NCBI GenBank assembly: GCA_964466195.1
Contig: CAYXMQ010000009.1
Location: forward strand, 20,568 to 84,567
Direction of reading: 5' to 3'
DNA: 64,000 nucleotides
DNA from: an uncultured Thiobacillus sp.
GTDB lineage: Bacteria > Pseudomonadota > Gammaproteobacteria > Burkholderiales > Thiobacillaceae
Shown piece after piece: positions 9,024 to 17,910 of this stretch. Both the position numbers and the translations under genes were made by a program. The notes under the pieces are model-generated. The model searched no databases. It saw only the letters and a program-made list of their open reading frames with translations, and was not told where the DNA came from. Every line of letters starts with the position of its first letter. Position 1 is the first letter of the stretch.

Positions 9024-9971
9024 TCAGGACGCTAACTGGCTGATCAGGTTCTGATACACCCGCAGCCGGTTAGTCAGCATTTCACCGGCTTGCACGGCTG
9101 CCAGCACCGCGCAGCCCGGTTCCTTCAAATGGCGGCAGTTGTAGAAGCGGCATTGGCCGGCGCGGCTGCGGATTTCCGGGAAGGCGTCCATCAGCGCGGC
9201 CTGGGTCAGATGCTGCAGGCCGAATTCCTGCATGCCGGGGGAATCGATCAGGTCGCCACCGTCAGGCAAATGAAACAGGCGGGCATGGGTGGTGGTGTGC
9301 TTGCCGGCGTCGAGCGCCAGCGAGATTTCGCCGGTAGCGGCGTTGGCTTCGGGTGCCAGCTTGTTCAGCAATGTGCTCTTGCCGACACCGGATGCGCCGA
9401 CCAGCACGCTGGTCTTGCCGGCCAGATGTGTTTGCAGTTCGCTCAGGTCGCCGCGCGCGGAGACGGTGATTTGCGGGTAGCCAAGTTGTGCGTAGGTGTC
9501 CAGGCGCTGATGCAGCGCAGCGGTTTCCGGCAGGTCGGCCTTGTTCAGCACGATCAACACCGGTATCCCGGCGCTCTCGCAGGCGACCAGACAACGTATC
9601 AGCAGTTCTTCACGGAAGTAGGGCACCGCAGCGACGACGACGACGGCTAGATCGAGATTGGCGGCGATCAGCTTGCTGCGAAAATCGTCGGAGCGGTAGA
9701 GCAGGTTCCTGCGTGCGGCGACTTTCTCGATGACGCCATTATCGGCATGGGTCAGGTTGAATTCGACCTGATCGCCGCAGACGATGTCGCTTTTCCGGCC
9801 GCGCGTGACGCATTCGACGATGTTCGTACCGTCGTCGACCCGAAAGCGGCGTCCGTGGGCGGCGACGACGCGTCCGGTTTTCAAAGGAACGGGAGCCTGT
9901 TCTCCCTCTTCCCCAGCCCCTTCCTCGCTTGCGGGGGAGGGGAGCTTCGAGCGTCGCGTTGCGACGTTCAT
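9024..9971 (-). CDS. rsgA: ribosome small-subunit-dependent GTPase A
   Basis: NKADL, GASGVGKSTLLN and the zinc-finger-like CRFYNCRHLKEPGC are present. Start taken at ATG 9971. Confidence 0.9.
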   Translation of the reverse strand: MNVATRRSKLPSPASEEGAGEEGEQAPVPLKTGRVVAAHGRRFRVDDGTNIVECVTRGRKSDIVCGDQVEFNLTHADNGVIEKVAARRNLLYRSDDFRSKLIAANLDLAVVVVAAVPYFREELLIRCLVACESAGIPVLIVLNKADLPETAALHQRLDTYAQLGYPQITVSARGDLSELQTHLAGKTSVLVGASGVGKSTLLNKLAPEANAATGEISLALDAGKHTTTHARLFHLPDGGDLIDSPGMQEFGLQHLTQAALMDAFPEIRSRAGQCRFYNCRHLKEPGCAVLAAVQAGEMLTNRLRVYQNLISQLAS

Positions 9972-9984
9972 ATTGAAGCTGCCA

Positions 9985-10329
9985 TTACAGCTCAAACAAG
10001 GCGTCGATTTTGGCGGCGCAGATGAAGTCGGATTCCGACAGGCCGTTGATCGCGTGAGTGATGTATTCGACTCGGCAGGTGTTGTAGCCCACGGCCAGAT
10101 CGGGGTGGTGACCTTGCTGATGCGAAACCCAGGCGACGGCGTTGACGAAAGTCATCGTGACGTAGTGGTCGGCAAATTTGAAATTGCGCCGCAGTTTGCC
10201 GTCGACGACCTGCCAGTCTGCGGCGAGCTTGGGCAGCAGGGCGGCGATTTCGCCGTCGGTCAGCGGCGGGATGCCACCTTCACAGGGTTTGCATTTGCCT
10301 TTTGAAAGGTCGCAGAAGGTCTCGCTCAT
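9985..10329 (-). CDS. 4a-hydroxytetrahydrobiopterin (pterin-4-alpha-carbinolamine) dehydratase
   Basis: 114 aa with the HHPD core motif (QGHHPDLAVGYN) typical of PCD/DCoH proteins. Confidence 0.85.
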   Translation of the reverse strand: MSETFCDLSKGKCKPCEGGIPPLTDGEIAALLPKLAADWQVVDGKLRRNFKFADHYVTMTFVNAVAWVSHQQGHHPDLAVGYNTCRVEYITHAINGLSESDFICAAKIDALFEL

Positions 10330-10345
10330 GGTCGCTGTCCCAAGA

Positions 10346-10663
10346 TCATTTGAATTTGTAGAACTGGCCGTTCAGATACGCTGCCAGATGCAGTTCGTCT
10401 TCCGGAAACAGGTTGTTGCCGAGCATCGCATTGCAGGTGGTGACTTGCTGCGCCAGGGCGGAGGCGCTTTTCACACGGCGGTCGGCGCGGGTGTAAATCT
10501 TGCTGCCGTCGCCGCCGAACTTGGTTGCATGGCAGCCGGCGCATTGTTTGTCGTGCGTGGCTTTGCCGGCCTGGACATTGCCTTTTTCGAAGGGTGCGGC
10601 GACAGCGGGCAGCGTCAGCATGGGGGCGGCGGCGAGCGTCAGAATGAAGGCCAGATTTTTCAT
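10346..10663 (-). CDS. small periplasmic c-type cytochrome
   Basis: Signal peptide MKNLAFILTLAAAPMLTLPAVAA and a single CAGCH heme-binding motif. Length is 105 aa. Confidence 0.8.
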   Translation of the reverse strand: MKNLAFILTLAAAPMLTLPAVAAPFEKGNVQAGKATHDKQCAGCHATKFGGDGSKIYTRADRRVKSASALAQQVTTCNAMLGNNLFPEDELHLAAYLNGQFYKFK

Positions 10664-10696
10664 CGGTGATACCTCTCGGGAAACGGTGGCAATGAA

Positions 10697-11971
10697 TCAA
10701 GCCTGCACGGTTTGCAGGTTGCGGCTTGGAGTATTGTAAGACTCCAATCTTTCAATTCGTTCGACCGCTTTCGGGTGGCTGTCGTAAAACAACGAAAAGA
10801 GCGGGTCCGGGGTCAATGTCGCGGCGTTGTCGCGGTACAGCCGCACCAGCGCGGATATCAGGTGGCCGGGATGGGTGAGTTGGGCGGCGAAGGCGTCGGC
10901 TTCGAATTCGTGCTTGCGCGAATACAGACTCATCAGCGGCGAGAGCGGAAACAGGAACACCGGCAGCGCCAGGAAGAACAGCGCCAGCGCGCTGGCATCG
11001 GACTGACTGGCTACGCCCAGGCCTTGGTAGAACCAGCTCGCTTCCTTCAGCATGGCGAGCAGCGCCAGCATGACCAGGCTCAACACGAACATCAGCCCGA
11101 TGCGCTTGATGATATGGCGGTGTTTGAAATGGCCTAGCTCATGCGCCAGCACGGCTTCGATCTGCTCCGGCGTCAGTTGCGACAACAGCGTGTCGTAGAA
11201 CACGATGCGCTTGTTCTTGCCCAGGCCGGTGAAGTAGGCGTTGCCGTGGCTGGAACGGCGCGACCCGTCCATCACGAAGACGCCGCTGGCATGAAAGCCG
11301 GCGCGCGCGAGCAGGTCTTCGATACGCTGTTTCAGGCTGGCGTCGGCCAGCGGCGAGAACTTGTTGAACAGCGGCGCGATGACGGTGGGGTAGACGGTCA
11401 GGATCAGCAGGTTGAAACCCATCCAGACGGCCCACACCCATAGCCACCAGGCGTCGCCCATGATGCCCATCAGCCAGAGCACAAGCAGGATCAACGGGCC
11501 GCCGAGGACGAGGCCGAGCAGGGTTTGCTTGACCAGATCGACGAAAAAGCCGGCCGGCGTCTGTCGATTGAAGCCGAAGCGACTTTCGATGCGGAACTGG
11601 CGGTAGAAACTGAGCGGCAACTCGACCGCACCGCTGATCAGCGTCAGCCCCAGCAATACGCCGACGCCGGCCAACAGCGGCTGGGAAATCGCTCCGGCCA
11701 GACTGTCATGCAGCCATTGCAGGCCGCCGCCGAGCGTGAAGGCGTACAGCAAGGCGCCCTCCAGGACGAGGTTGAACAGGCCGACGCGGGCTTTGGCCTG
11801 CGTGTAGGCGGCGGCTTTCTGGTGTTCAGCCAGCGGAATGCTGTCGGCGAACGCGCTGGGCGGAGCGTCACGGTGCAACCAGACATGGCGCATCTGGCGT
11901 AGCAGCAACCACAGTTTGAGGCCGAAGGCGATGCAGAAGGCGGCTAAAAAAACGCTTTGAAATGAAGGCAT
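10697..11971 (-). CDS. M48 family metallopeptidase (Ste24/HtpX-like, multi-TM)
   Basis: HELGHFKHRH zinc motif and several hydrophobic helices. Start taken at ATG 11971 (MPSFQSV...). Confidence 0.85.
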   Translation of the reverse strand: MPSFQSVFLAAFCIAFGLKLWLLLRQMRHVWLHRDAPPSAFADSIPLAEHQKAAAYTQAKARVGLFNLVLEGALLYAFTLGGGLQWLHDSLAGAISQPLLAGVGVLLGLTLISGAVELPLSFYRQFRIESRFGFNRQTPAGFFVDLVKQTLLGLVLGGPLILLVLWLMGIMGDAWWLWVWAVWMGFNLLILTVYPTVIAPLFNKFSPLADASLKQRIEDLLARAGFHASGVFVMDGSRRSSHGNAYFTGLGKNKRIVFYDTLLSQLTPEQIEAVLAHELGHFKHRHIIKRIGLMFVLSLVMLALLAMLKEASWFYQGLGVASQSDASALALFFLALPVFLFPLSPLMSLYSRKHEFEADAFAAQLTHPGHLISALVRLYRDNAATLTPDPLFSLFYDSHPKAVERIERLESYNTPSRNLQTVQA

Positions 11972-12098
11972 TAGGTAACTTGTGGTGAGGTTGTGCGGGC
12001 GATTTTGCCATAAACTGTGCCACAATACCCCGCCGTAAAATCCGCGCCGCCGCAGCGGCTTTGCTCGTCCATACACAGGTCAATACAGGTCAAAACGC

Positions 12099-12650
12099 AT
12101 GCCCCAAAACAATACTCATCTGGTCTGGCTCGACATGGAAATGTCGGGTCTGAATCCCGATACCGACTTCGTCCTTGAAATCGCCCTGGTGGTGACCGAC
12201 AAGGACCTCAATCTGGTCGAGGAAGGCCCTGTGCTGGTGGTGCATCAACCCGACGCCGTGCTCGACGCAATGGATAGCTGGAACAAGGGTACGCACGGCA
12301 AGTCCGGCCTGATCGACAAGGTCAAGGCGTCCACGCTGACCGAAGCCGAGGTCGCTCGGAGAATGGTTGAATTCATGCAGCAGCACGTGCCGGCGCGCAC
12401 CTCGCCGATGTGCGGCAATTCCATCTGCCAGGATCGTCGCTTCATGGCGCGCCATCTGCCCGACCTGGAAGCCTATTTCCATTACCGCAATCTGGATGTG
12501 TCTACGCTGAAGGAGTTGGCCGCGCGCTGGCGGCCGGAGCTCAAGGAGGGGTTCAAGAAAGCCAACAGCCATACTGCGCTGGCCGATATCCAGGAATCGA
12601 TCGAAGAACTCAGGTATTACCGCGAGCATTTCATCAAGATGAGCGCGTAG
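12099..12650 (+). CDS. orn: oligoribonuclease
   Basis: [15 protein letters not shown] exonuclease motif I, and H-x4-D ([11 protein letters not shown]) near the C-terminus. Length is 183 aa. Confidence 0.95.
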   Translation: MPQNNTHLVWLDMEMSGLNPDTDFVLEIALVVTDKDLNLVEEGPVLVVHQPDAVLDAMDSWNKGTHGKSGLIDKVKASTLTEAEVARRMVEFMQQHVPARTSPMCGNSICQDRRFMARHLPDLEAYFHYRNLDVSTLKELAARWRPELKEGFKKANSHTALADIQESIEELRYYREHFIKMSA

Positions 12651-12755
12651 TTCGTCGCTCGTCGCCGCTGCTCCGGACACGCACGCCGCAGGCGCGGAAT
12701 CATCCGGTTGCCGGTTGCAAGCCGGCCGTTACCCGCTAACCAGGAAGGAAACCCA

Positions 12756-15320
12756 ATGAAACCCGGCACGCCCTTCGTTGTTGAAGTCAATCCGCGTATT
12801 CCGCGCCGTCTGTCGCGTCTTTCCGAACTGGCGGACAACCTCTGGTATGGCTGGGATCGGCCGAGTCGGACGCTGTTCGCCCGTCTACATCCTGGCCTTT
12901 GGGATGCAGTCAATCACAACCCGAAGGCGTTTCTGAAGCGAGTGGATGAGGAGCGGCTGACCGAGGCGGCGGAGGACCATATCTTCCTGGGCAGCTACAA
13001 CCGCGTGCTGTCGTCATTTGATACCTACATGAGCGAGCCGCTGCGGCGCGACATGCCGCTGGAACTGCATCCAGGCGATTTGATCGCTTATTTTTGCGCC
13101 GAGTTCGGTTTTCACGAAAGTTTCCCGGTCTATTCCGGCGGCCTGGGCATACTTGCCGGCGACCATTGCAAGTCGGCTTCGGATATGCGCTTGCCGTTCA
13201 TCGCCGTCGGGCTGCTTTACCGCCAGGGTTATTTTTTCCAGCGTGTCGACAACGACGGCAACCAGATCGCGCATTACACCGATTCTGATTTCGACGATCT
13301 GCCGGTTCGTCCCGCCATGCGCGAAGACGGCAGCGAAATCCATATCGAGATCGAACTGCCCGGCCGCATGCTGGAGGTGAAGGTCTGGGAAGTGCATGTC
13401 GGGCATGTGCGCCTGTGTCTGCTCGACACCGATTTGCCGAGCAATAGCGTCGAAGACCGATACATCACACACCAGCTTTACGGCGGTGACAAGCACACCC
13501 GCATTCAGCAGGAGATCGTGCTGGGTGTCGGCGGCGTGCGCGCGTTGGAGCAATTGGGCGTCAAGCCGACGACCTATCACATCAATGAAGGCCATGCCGC
13601 TTTCCTGGTGCTGGAGCGGGTGCGTCGCATGGTCAAGGGCGGCCTTTCCTTCCATGCTGCGCTGGAGGGCGTGGCGGCCAATACCGTGTTCACCACGCAC
13701 ACGCCGGTACCGGCCGGGCACGACCATTTCGGCGAAGAAATGGTGTGGGACTATTTCTCGCACTGTTGCAACGATCTCGGCGTCAGCCGGGCGGAATTCA
13801 TGCGCCTGGGCGGCGCGGAACATGGCCAGGACTTCAACATGACCAAGCTGGCCTTGCACGGCTCGCGCCATCACAACGGCGTGTCGCGCATTCACGGCCA
13901 GGTCTCTTCGCACATTCTTGCCGACATGTGGCCGCAGGTGTCGCCGGACGACTCGCCGATGGGCTACATCACCAACGGCGTTCACGTCTCCACTTTCCTG
14001 GCGCAGGAATGGCAGGATTTGTTCGACAACAAGCTCGGCTACGAATGGCGCCGCCGCCTGACCGACCTCGAATTCTGGAGCAAGATCGAAGCCATTCCGG
14101 ATCATCAATTCTGGTCCGTGCATCAGGCGCTGAAGACCCAGATGTTGCATAGCCTGCACCATCGCATCACCCGGCAGCATCTGCGCAATCACGGTTCCGA
14201 GGCGCACCTGGAGCGCATGCTCAAGTTGGCCAATCCGCTCGACCCTAACGTGCTGACCATTGGCTTCGCGCGCCGTTTTGCGACTTACAAGCGCGCCACG
14301 CTGATGTTCGAAAACATGGACTGGATGCGCCAGATCATCAACGACGCCGAGCGGCCGGTGCTGTTCATCTTCGCCGGCAAGGCGCATCCGGCCGACAAGC
14401 CCGGTCAGGAGCTGATCCGCCGCATCCATGAGATTTCACGCCTGCCCGAATTCGAAGGCAAGATGCTGATGGTGGAAGGCTACGACCTCGGTCTGGCCCG
14501 CCGACTGGTGTCAGGCTGTGATGTCTGGCTCAACAACCCGATCTATCCGCTGGAGGCTTCCGGCACCTCCGGCATGAAGGCGGCGATGAACGGCATACTG
14601 AACCTGTCGGTCACCGATGGCTGGTGGGAAGAAGGCTACGATGGCGACAACGGTTGGGCCATCAAGCCGGCGCCGGAAAACTACGACGAAGCGCGCCGCA
14701 ACCGGGAAGACAGCCAGACCTTGTACGAACTGCTGCAGGATCAGGTCATTCCGATGTATTACCGCAGGAATGAACTCGGTATCTCTCCCGAGTGGGTGAA
14801 GATGGCCAAGCGCTCGATCATCACGTTGTTGCCGCGTTTCAACTCCACTCGCATGGTGGCCGAGTACGTGAACAAATTTTACGGCCCGGCCTCGCGCCAG
14901 TGGCGGCGCTTTTCGGAAGGCGGTTTTGCCGCCGCTCAGAGTCTGGCGGCCTGGAAGGCCAAGATCCGCCAGGCGTGGAGCGGCGTATCGCTCAGGCGCA
15001 CGGAAGACTCGCTCAAGCGCATCACCTATGGCGAAAGCATCGAGCTCAAGGTGTTGGTGGATCTGAATGGACTGCAGCCCGAAGACGTGCGGGTTGAAGT
15101 GCTTGTGGGCCGCGCCTCCAGGCAAGGCCAGGACAAGGATGTGCAAACCGTTCCGATGCTGCCGGAGGGTTGGACCGAGGGGGAGGACGGCGGCGAATGC
15201 CAGTATCGCCTCGAACTGACGCCGGAACTGTGCGGTCGACTGCTGTACCGGGTGCGCATCTATCCGCACCATGAACTGCTTACCCATCCGTTTGAAACCG
15301 GGCTGATGGTCTGGCTGTGA
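12756..15320 (+). CDS. glgP: alpha-glucan family phosphorylase (glycogen/maltodextrin phosphorylase)
   Basis: ATG 12756 follows the aggaagga RBS. EASGTSGMKAAMNG pyridoxal-phosphate Lys motif is present. Length is 854 aa. Confidence 0.9.
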   Translation: MKPGTPFVVEVNPRIPRRLSRLSELADNLWYGWDRPSRTLFARLHPGLWDAVNHNPKAFLKRVDEERLTEAAEDHIFLGSYNRVLSSFDTYMSEPLRRDMPLELHPGDLIAYFCAEFGFHESFPVYSGGLGILAGDHCKSASDMRLPFIAVGLLYRQGYFFQRVDNDGNQIAHYTDSDFDDLPVRPAMREDGSEIHIEIELPGRMLEVKVWEVHVGHVRLCLLDTDLPSNSVEDRYITHQLYGGDKHTRIQQEIVLGVGGVRALEQLGVKPTTYHINEGHAAFLVLERVRRMVKGGLSFHAALEGVAANTVFTTHTPVPAGHDHFGEEMVWDYFSHCCNDLGVSRAEFMRLGGAEHGQDFNMTKLALHGSRHHNGVSRIHGQVSSHILADMWPQVSPDDSPMGYITNGVHVSTFLAQEWQDLFDNKLGYEWRRRLTDLEFWSKIEAIPDHQFWSVHQALKTQMLHSLHHRITRQHLRNHGSEAHLERMLKLANPLDPNVLTIGFARRFATYKRATLMFENMDWMRQIINDAERPVLFIFAGKAHPADKPGQELIRRIHEISRLPEFEGKMLMVEGYDLGLARRLVSGCDVWLNNPIYPLEASGTSGMKAAMNGILNLSVTDGWWEEGYDGDNGWAIKPAPENYDEARRNREDSQTLYELLQDQVIPMYYRRNELGISPEWVKMAKRSIITLLPRFNSTRMVAEYVNKFYGPASRQWRRFSEGGFAAAQSLAAWKAKIRQAWSGVSLRRTEDSLKRITYGESIELKVLVDLNGLQPEDVRVEVLVGRASRQGQDKDVQTVPMLPEGWTEGEDGGECQYRLELTPELCGRLLYRVRIYPHHELLTHPFETGLMVWL

Positions 15321-15346
15321 GCGGGGCCGGGCGCGGCGCCAACTGA

Positions 15347-15724
15347 ATGACCGCCTTCGTCGCCATCGGCCTCGGCGCCGCCATCGGCGCCTGGATGCGC
15401 TGGGGCCTGGGCTTGTGGCTCAACCCGGTTTTTCCGACGCTGCCTTACGGCACGCTCGCGGCCAATCTGCTCGGCGGATATCTGGTCGGCGTCGCGCTGG
15501 CGTACTTTGCCCAGCATCCCGGCTTGCCGCCGGAATGGCGCCTGTTTCTGATTACCGGCCTATTGGGCGGCCTGACCACGTTTTCCACCTTTTCCGCCGA
15601 ACTCTTCACGTTGATCAGCCGCAATCAGCTCGGTTGGGCGCTGACCGCGGCATCGGCGCATCTGTTCGGGTCGCTGGCGATGACGGCGCTGGGGGTATGG
15701 ACGTTCAAACTGATACGGGGTTGA
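15347..15724 (+). CDS. crcB: fluoride efflux channel CrcB/FluC
   Basis: 125 aa, four hydrophobic helices, and the GGLTTFSTF signature. Confidence 0.9.
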   Translation: MTAFVAIGLGAAIGAWMRWGLGLWLNPVFPTLPYGTLAANLLGGYLVGVALAYFAQHPGLPPEWRLFLITGLLGGLTTFSTFSAELFTLISRNQLGWALTAASAHLFGSLAMTALGVWTFKLIRG

Positions 15725-15726
15725 GC

Positions 15727-16044
15727 ATGGATGCAGTCAATATTCGATTCTTTGCCCAGGAAGGCTTGCAGCATGCGCACCAGCCGCTGCATCAATGGTT
15801 GTTCGAACAGGCGCGCGAATTGGGCATATCCGGCGGCACCGTGTTTCGCGCCGCCGCCGGTTTCGGCCGCCATGGCTTACAGGAAGACGCGTTTTTCGAA
15901 CTCGCCGGCACATTGCCCGAAAGCATCGAGTTCTTCGCCGACGCAGGCCGCATCGCCGCGTTGGCCGCGCGCGTCGCGGCGGCCGGGCTCAAGCTGGTGT
16001 ACGTTACGCATCCGGTTCGGGTCGGGGTCACGGGTGTGGATTAA
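15727..16044 (+). CDS. DUF190 (UPF0166) domain protein, commonly paired with crcB
   Basis: ATG 15727 lies 2 nt after the crcB stop. GGTVFRAAAGFGRHG matches the DUF190 core pattern. Confidence 0.75.
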   Translation: MDAVNIRFFAQEGLQHAHQPLHQWLFEQARELGISGGTVFRAAAGFGRHGLQEDAFFELAGTLPESIEFFADAGRIAALAARVAAAGLKLVYVTHPVRVGVTGVD

Positions 16045-16213
16045 TCCCAGATTGTTCATAAGGCGGCGCTATCGCGCCTGCGCCCGCGGCCGGTAGTCGG
16101 ATCGCGGCCATTTTTGGCGTTTGCTGGTCGGCCAGAGCTGGGCTTGGCCTCCTCCCAACCAGCCAAACCGCCTCGTCTTCCGAATACGTCCTAATGAACA
16201 ATCTGGGATCAAT
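16040..16213. repeat. MITE-like element with ~25-bp terminal inverted repeats
   Basis: atcccagattgttcat (16044-16059) is the perfect reverse complement of atgaacaatctgggat (16194-16209). The arms extend to about 22/25 identity. The interior has further imperfect inverted repeats. Confidence 0.6.
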
Positions 16214-16237
16214 GCCCTTCCAGCCGCATAATTCGGC

Positions 16238-17707
16238 ATGACCGATCAAACGCCCCCCCCCGCATCGTCCGCCGCGCCTTTCGAGCAACTGCCGCTGGCG
16301 CCGGCCGTCCTGGCCAATCTGCGCCAGCTCGGCTATCTCAGCATGACCCCGATCCAGGCCGCCAGCCTGCCGATTTCGCTGGCCGGGCATGACCTGATTG
16401 CCCAGGCCAAGACCGGCAGCGGCAAGACCGCGGCGTTCGGCTTGCCGTTGTTGAACAACCTGAATGTACGCGGCTTCAACGTGCAAGCCTTGGTGCTCTG
16501 CCCGACGCGCGAACTGGCCGATCAGGTCACCCAGGAACTGCGCCGTCTGGCGCGCAGCGAGGACAACATCAAGATACTTTCCCTGGTCGGCGGCTCCACG
16601 ATGCGCCCGCAAATGGCCAGCCTGGAACACGGCGCGCATGTGGTCGTCGGCACGCCAGGCCGCATCATGGACCATCTGCAACGCGGCAGCCTGAACCTGG
16701 ATGCGCTCAACACGCTGGTGCTCGACGAAGCCGATCGCATGCTGGACATGGGTTTTTACGGCGAGATCTTCGCCATTGCCAAGCTGTGCCCGAAGAAGCG
16801 CCAGACGCTGCTGTTCTCGGCCACCTTCCCGGAAGAAATTGCAGAACTGAGCCGGCGCTTCATGCGCCAGCCGCAGGAAGTGAAATTGTTGGAACGGCAC
16901 GAGGGCGACAAGATACGCCAGCGTTTCTATCAGATCGAAAAAGACCAGCGCCTGCAGGCTGTGGCGCTGCTGCTGAATCACTATCGCCCGGTCAGCACGT
17001 TGGCTTTCTGCAACACGCGCCAGCAATGCCGCGACTTGCTGCACGTCCTGCGCGAGCAGGGTTTCTACGCCTTGGCCCTGCACGGTGAACTGGAGCAACG
17101 CGAACGCGATCAGGTGCTGATCCAGTTCGCCAACCGCAGTTGCTCGGTGCTGGTCGCGACCGACGTCGCTGCGCGCGGCCTCGACATCGACAAACTGGAA
17201 GCCGTGATCAATGTCGACGTTACGCCCGACCCGGAGGTCTACATCCACCGCATCGGCCGCACCGGCCGCGTCGATCAGGACGGTTGGGCATTGAGCCTGG
17301 CCAGCGAGAATCAGATGAAGCGCGTTGATGCCATCGTCAAGGAGCTCGGCAGCGAGGTTGCATGGCACCCGCTCAGCGACCTGGCGCCGGCCAGCAAAAA
17401 ACCGCTGCTGCCGCCGATGGCCACGTTGCAGATACTTGGCGGTCGCAAAGAAAAAATCCGCCCCGGCGACGTGCTCGGCGCACTCACCGGCGAAGCCGGC
17501 TTCAAAGCCGACCAGATCGGCAAGATCACCGTCACCGAATCCACCACCTACGTCGCCGTCGACCGACGCATCGCGTCCGAAGCGCAACGCCGGCTGGCGG
17601 AAGGCAAGATCAAGGGCAAGACCGTCAAAGTGCGCATCCTGGAGGTCGGCGCTGGTCATTCGCCAGCCCGCGAGTTCGTGCCGGCGGTGAAGCGGCGGGA
17701 GGGCTGA
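16238..17707 (+). CDS. dbpA: ATP-dependent DEAD-box RNA helicase DbpA
   Basis: AKTGSGKT, DEAD, SAT and HRIGRTGR motifs, plus the C-terminal DbpA-type RNA-binding domain (ILGGRKEKIRPGDVLGAL). Confidence 0.9.
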   Translation: MTDQTPPPASSAAPFEQLPLAPAVLANLRQLGYLSMTPIQAASLPISLAGHDLIAQAKTGSGKTAAFGLPLLNNLNVRGFNVQALVLCPTRELADQVTQELRRLARSEDNIKILSLVGGSTMRPQMASLEHGAHVVVGTPGRIMDHLQRGSLNLDALNTLVLDEADRMLDMGFYGEIFAIAKLCPKKRQTLLFSATFPEEIAELSRRFMRQPQEVKLLERHEGDKIRQRFYQIEKDQRLQAVALLLNHYRPVSTLAFCNTRQQCRDLLHVLREQGFYALALHGELEQRERDQVLIQFANRSCSVLVATDVAARGLDIDKLEAVINVDVTPDPEVYIHRIGRTGRVDQDGWALSLASENQMKRVDAIVKELGSEVAWHPLSDLAPASKKPLLPPMATLQILGGRKEKIRPGDVLGALTGEAGFKADQIGKITVTESTTYVAVDRRIASEAQRRLAEGKIKGKTVKVRILEVGAGHSPAREFVPAVKRREG

Positions 17708-17858
17708 ACAGGCGGGCGCGATGGAGCGGCGAAGGGGCGGGAGCGGGCTGCCGGCTTGGCGCGGGCGCTGCATTTTTACGCGATCAATGGCCCCGTCGTG
17801 GCGAAATTAACCCACCCCGAGAGGCATCGGCCGCGTTTTCAAGAAACCTGTAGGTATT

Positions 17859-17880
17859 AATATTAACAATTGATAATATT
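17859..17880. promoter_or_regulatory. AT-rich 22-bp near-palindrome (candidate operator) upstream of the tetraheme cytochrome gene
   Basis: aatattaacaattgataatatt is self-complementary at 20/22 positions. It sits in a 36-nt AT-rich island, 31 nt upstream of ATG 17911. Confidence 0.4.
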
Positions 17881-17910
17881 TGATCACCTCATCTCGCTAA
17901 GACTCAAATC

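Noticed and set aside
9902-9944. Pyrimidine/purine-rich segment in the 5' coding region of rsgA. It encodes the low-complexity PSPASEEGAGEEGEQAP and resembles betaproteobacterial REP palindromes.
   Set aside because: The inverted repeat is weak (about 10/13 with an indel). The reading frame is intact. N-terminal low-complexity extensions are common in RsgA. Evidence for an insertion event is insufficient.
15321-15346. Fluoride riboswitch expected upstream of crcB-DUF190.
   Set aside because: Only 26 nt separate the glgP stop from the crcB ATG, which is too short for the ~60-nt crcB motif. I saw no such motif. crcB is probably co-transcribed or otherwise regulated.
16253-16261. C9 homopolymer in codons 6-8 of dbpA (PPP), considered as a phase-variation tract.
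   Set aside because: With about 32% C and 32% G, a few runs of 9 are expected by chance in 64 kb. dbpA is an unlikely contingency gene. I noted it only as context for the STAS-cheA tract.
17859-17886. FNR or Fur box assignment for the AT-rich palindrome upstream of the cytochrome gene.
   Set aside because: TTGAT occurs as a direct repeat, not the inverted repeat FNR needs. The best alignment to the 19-bp Fur consensus gave only about 9/19 matches.
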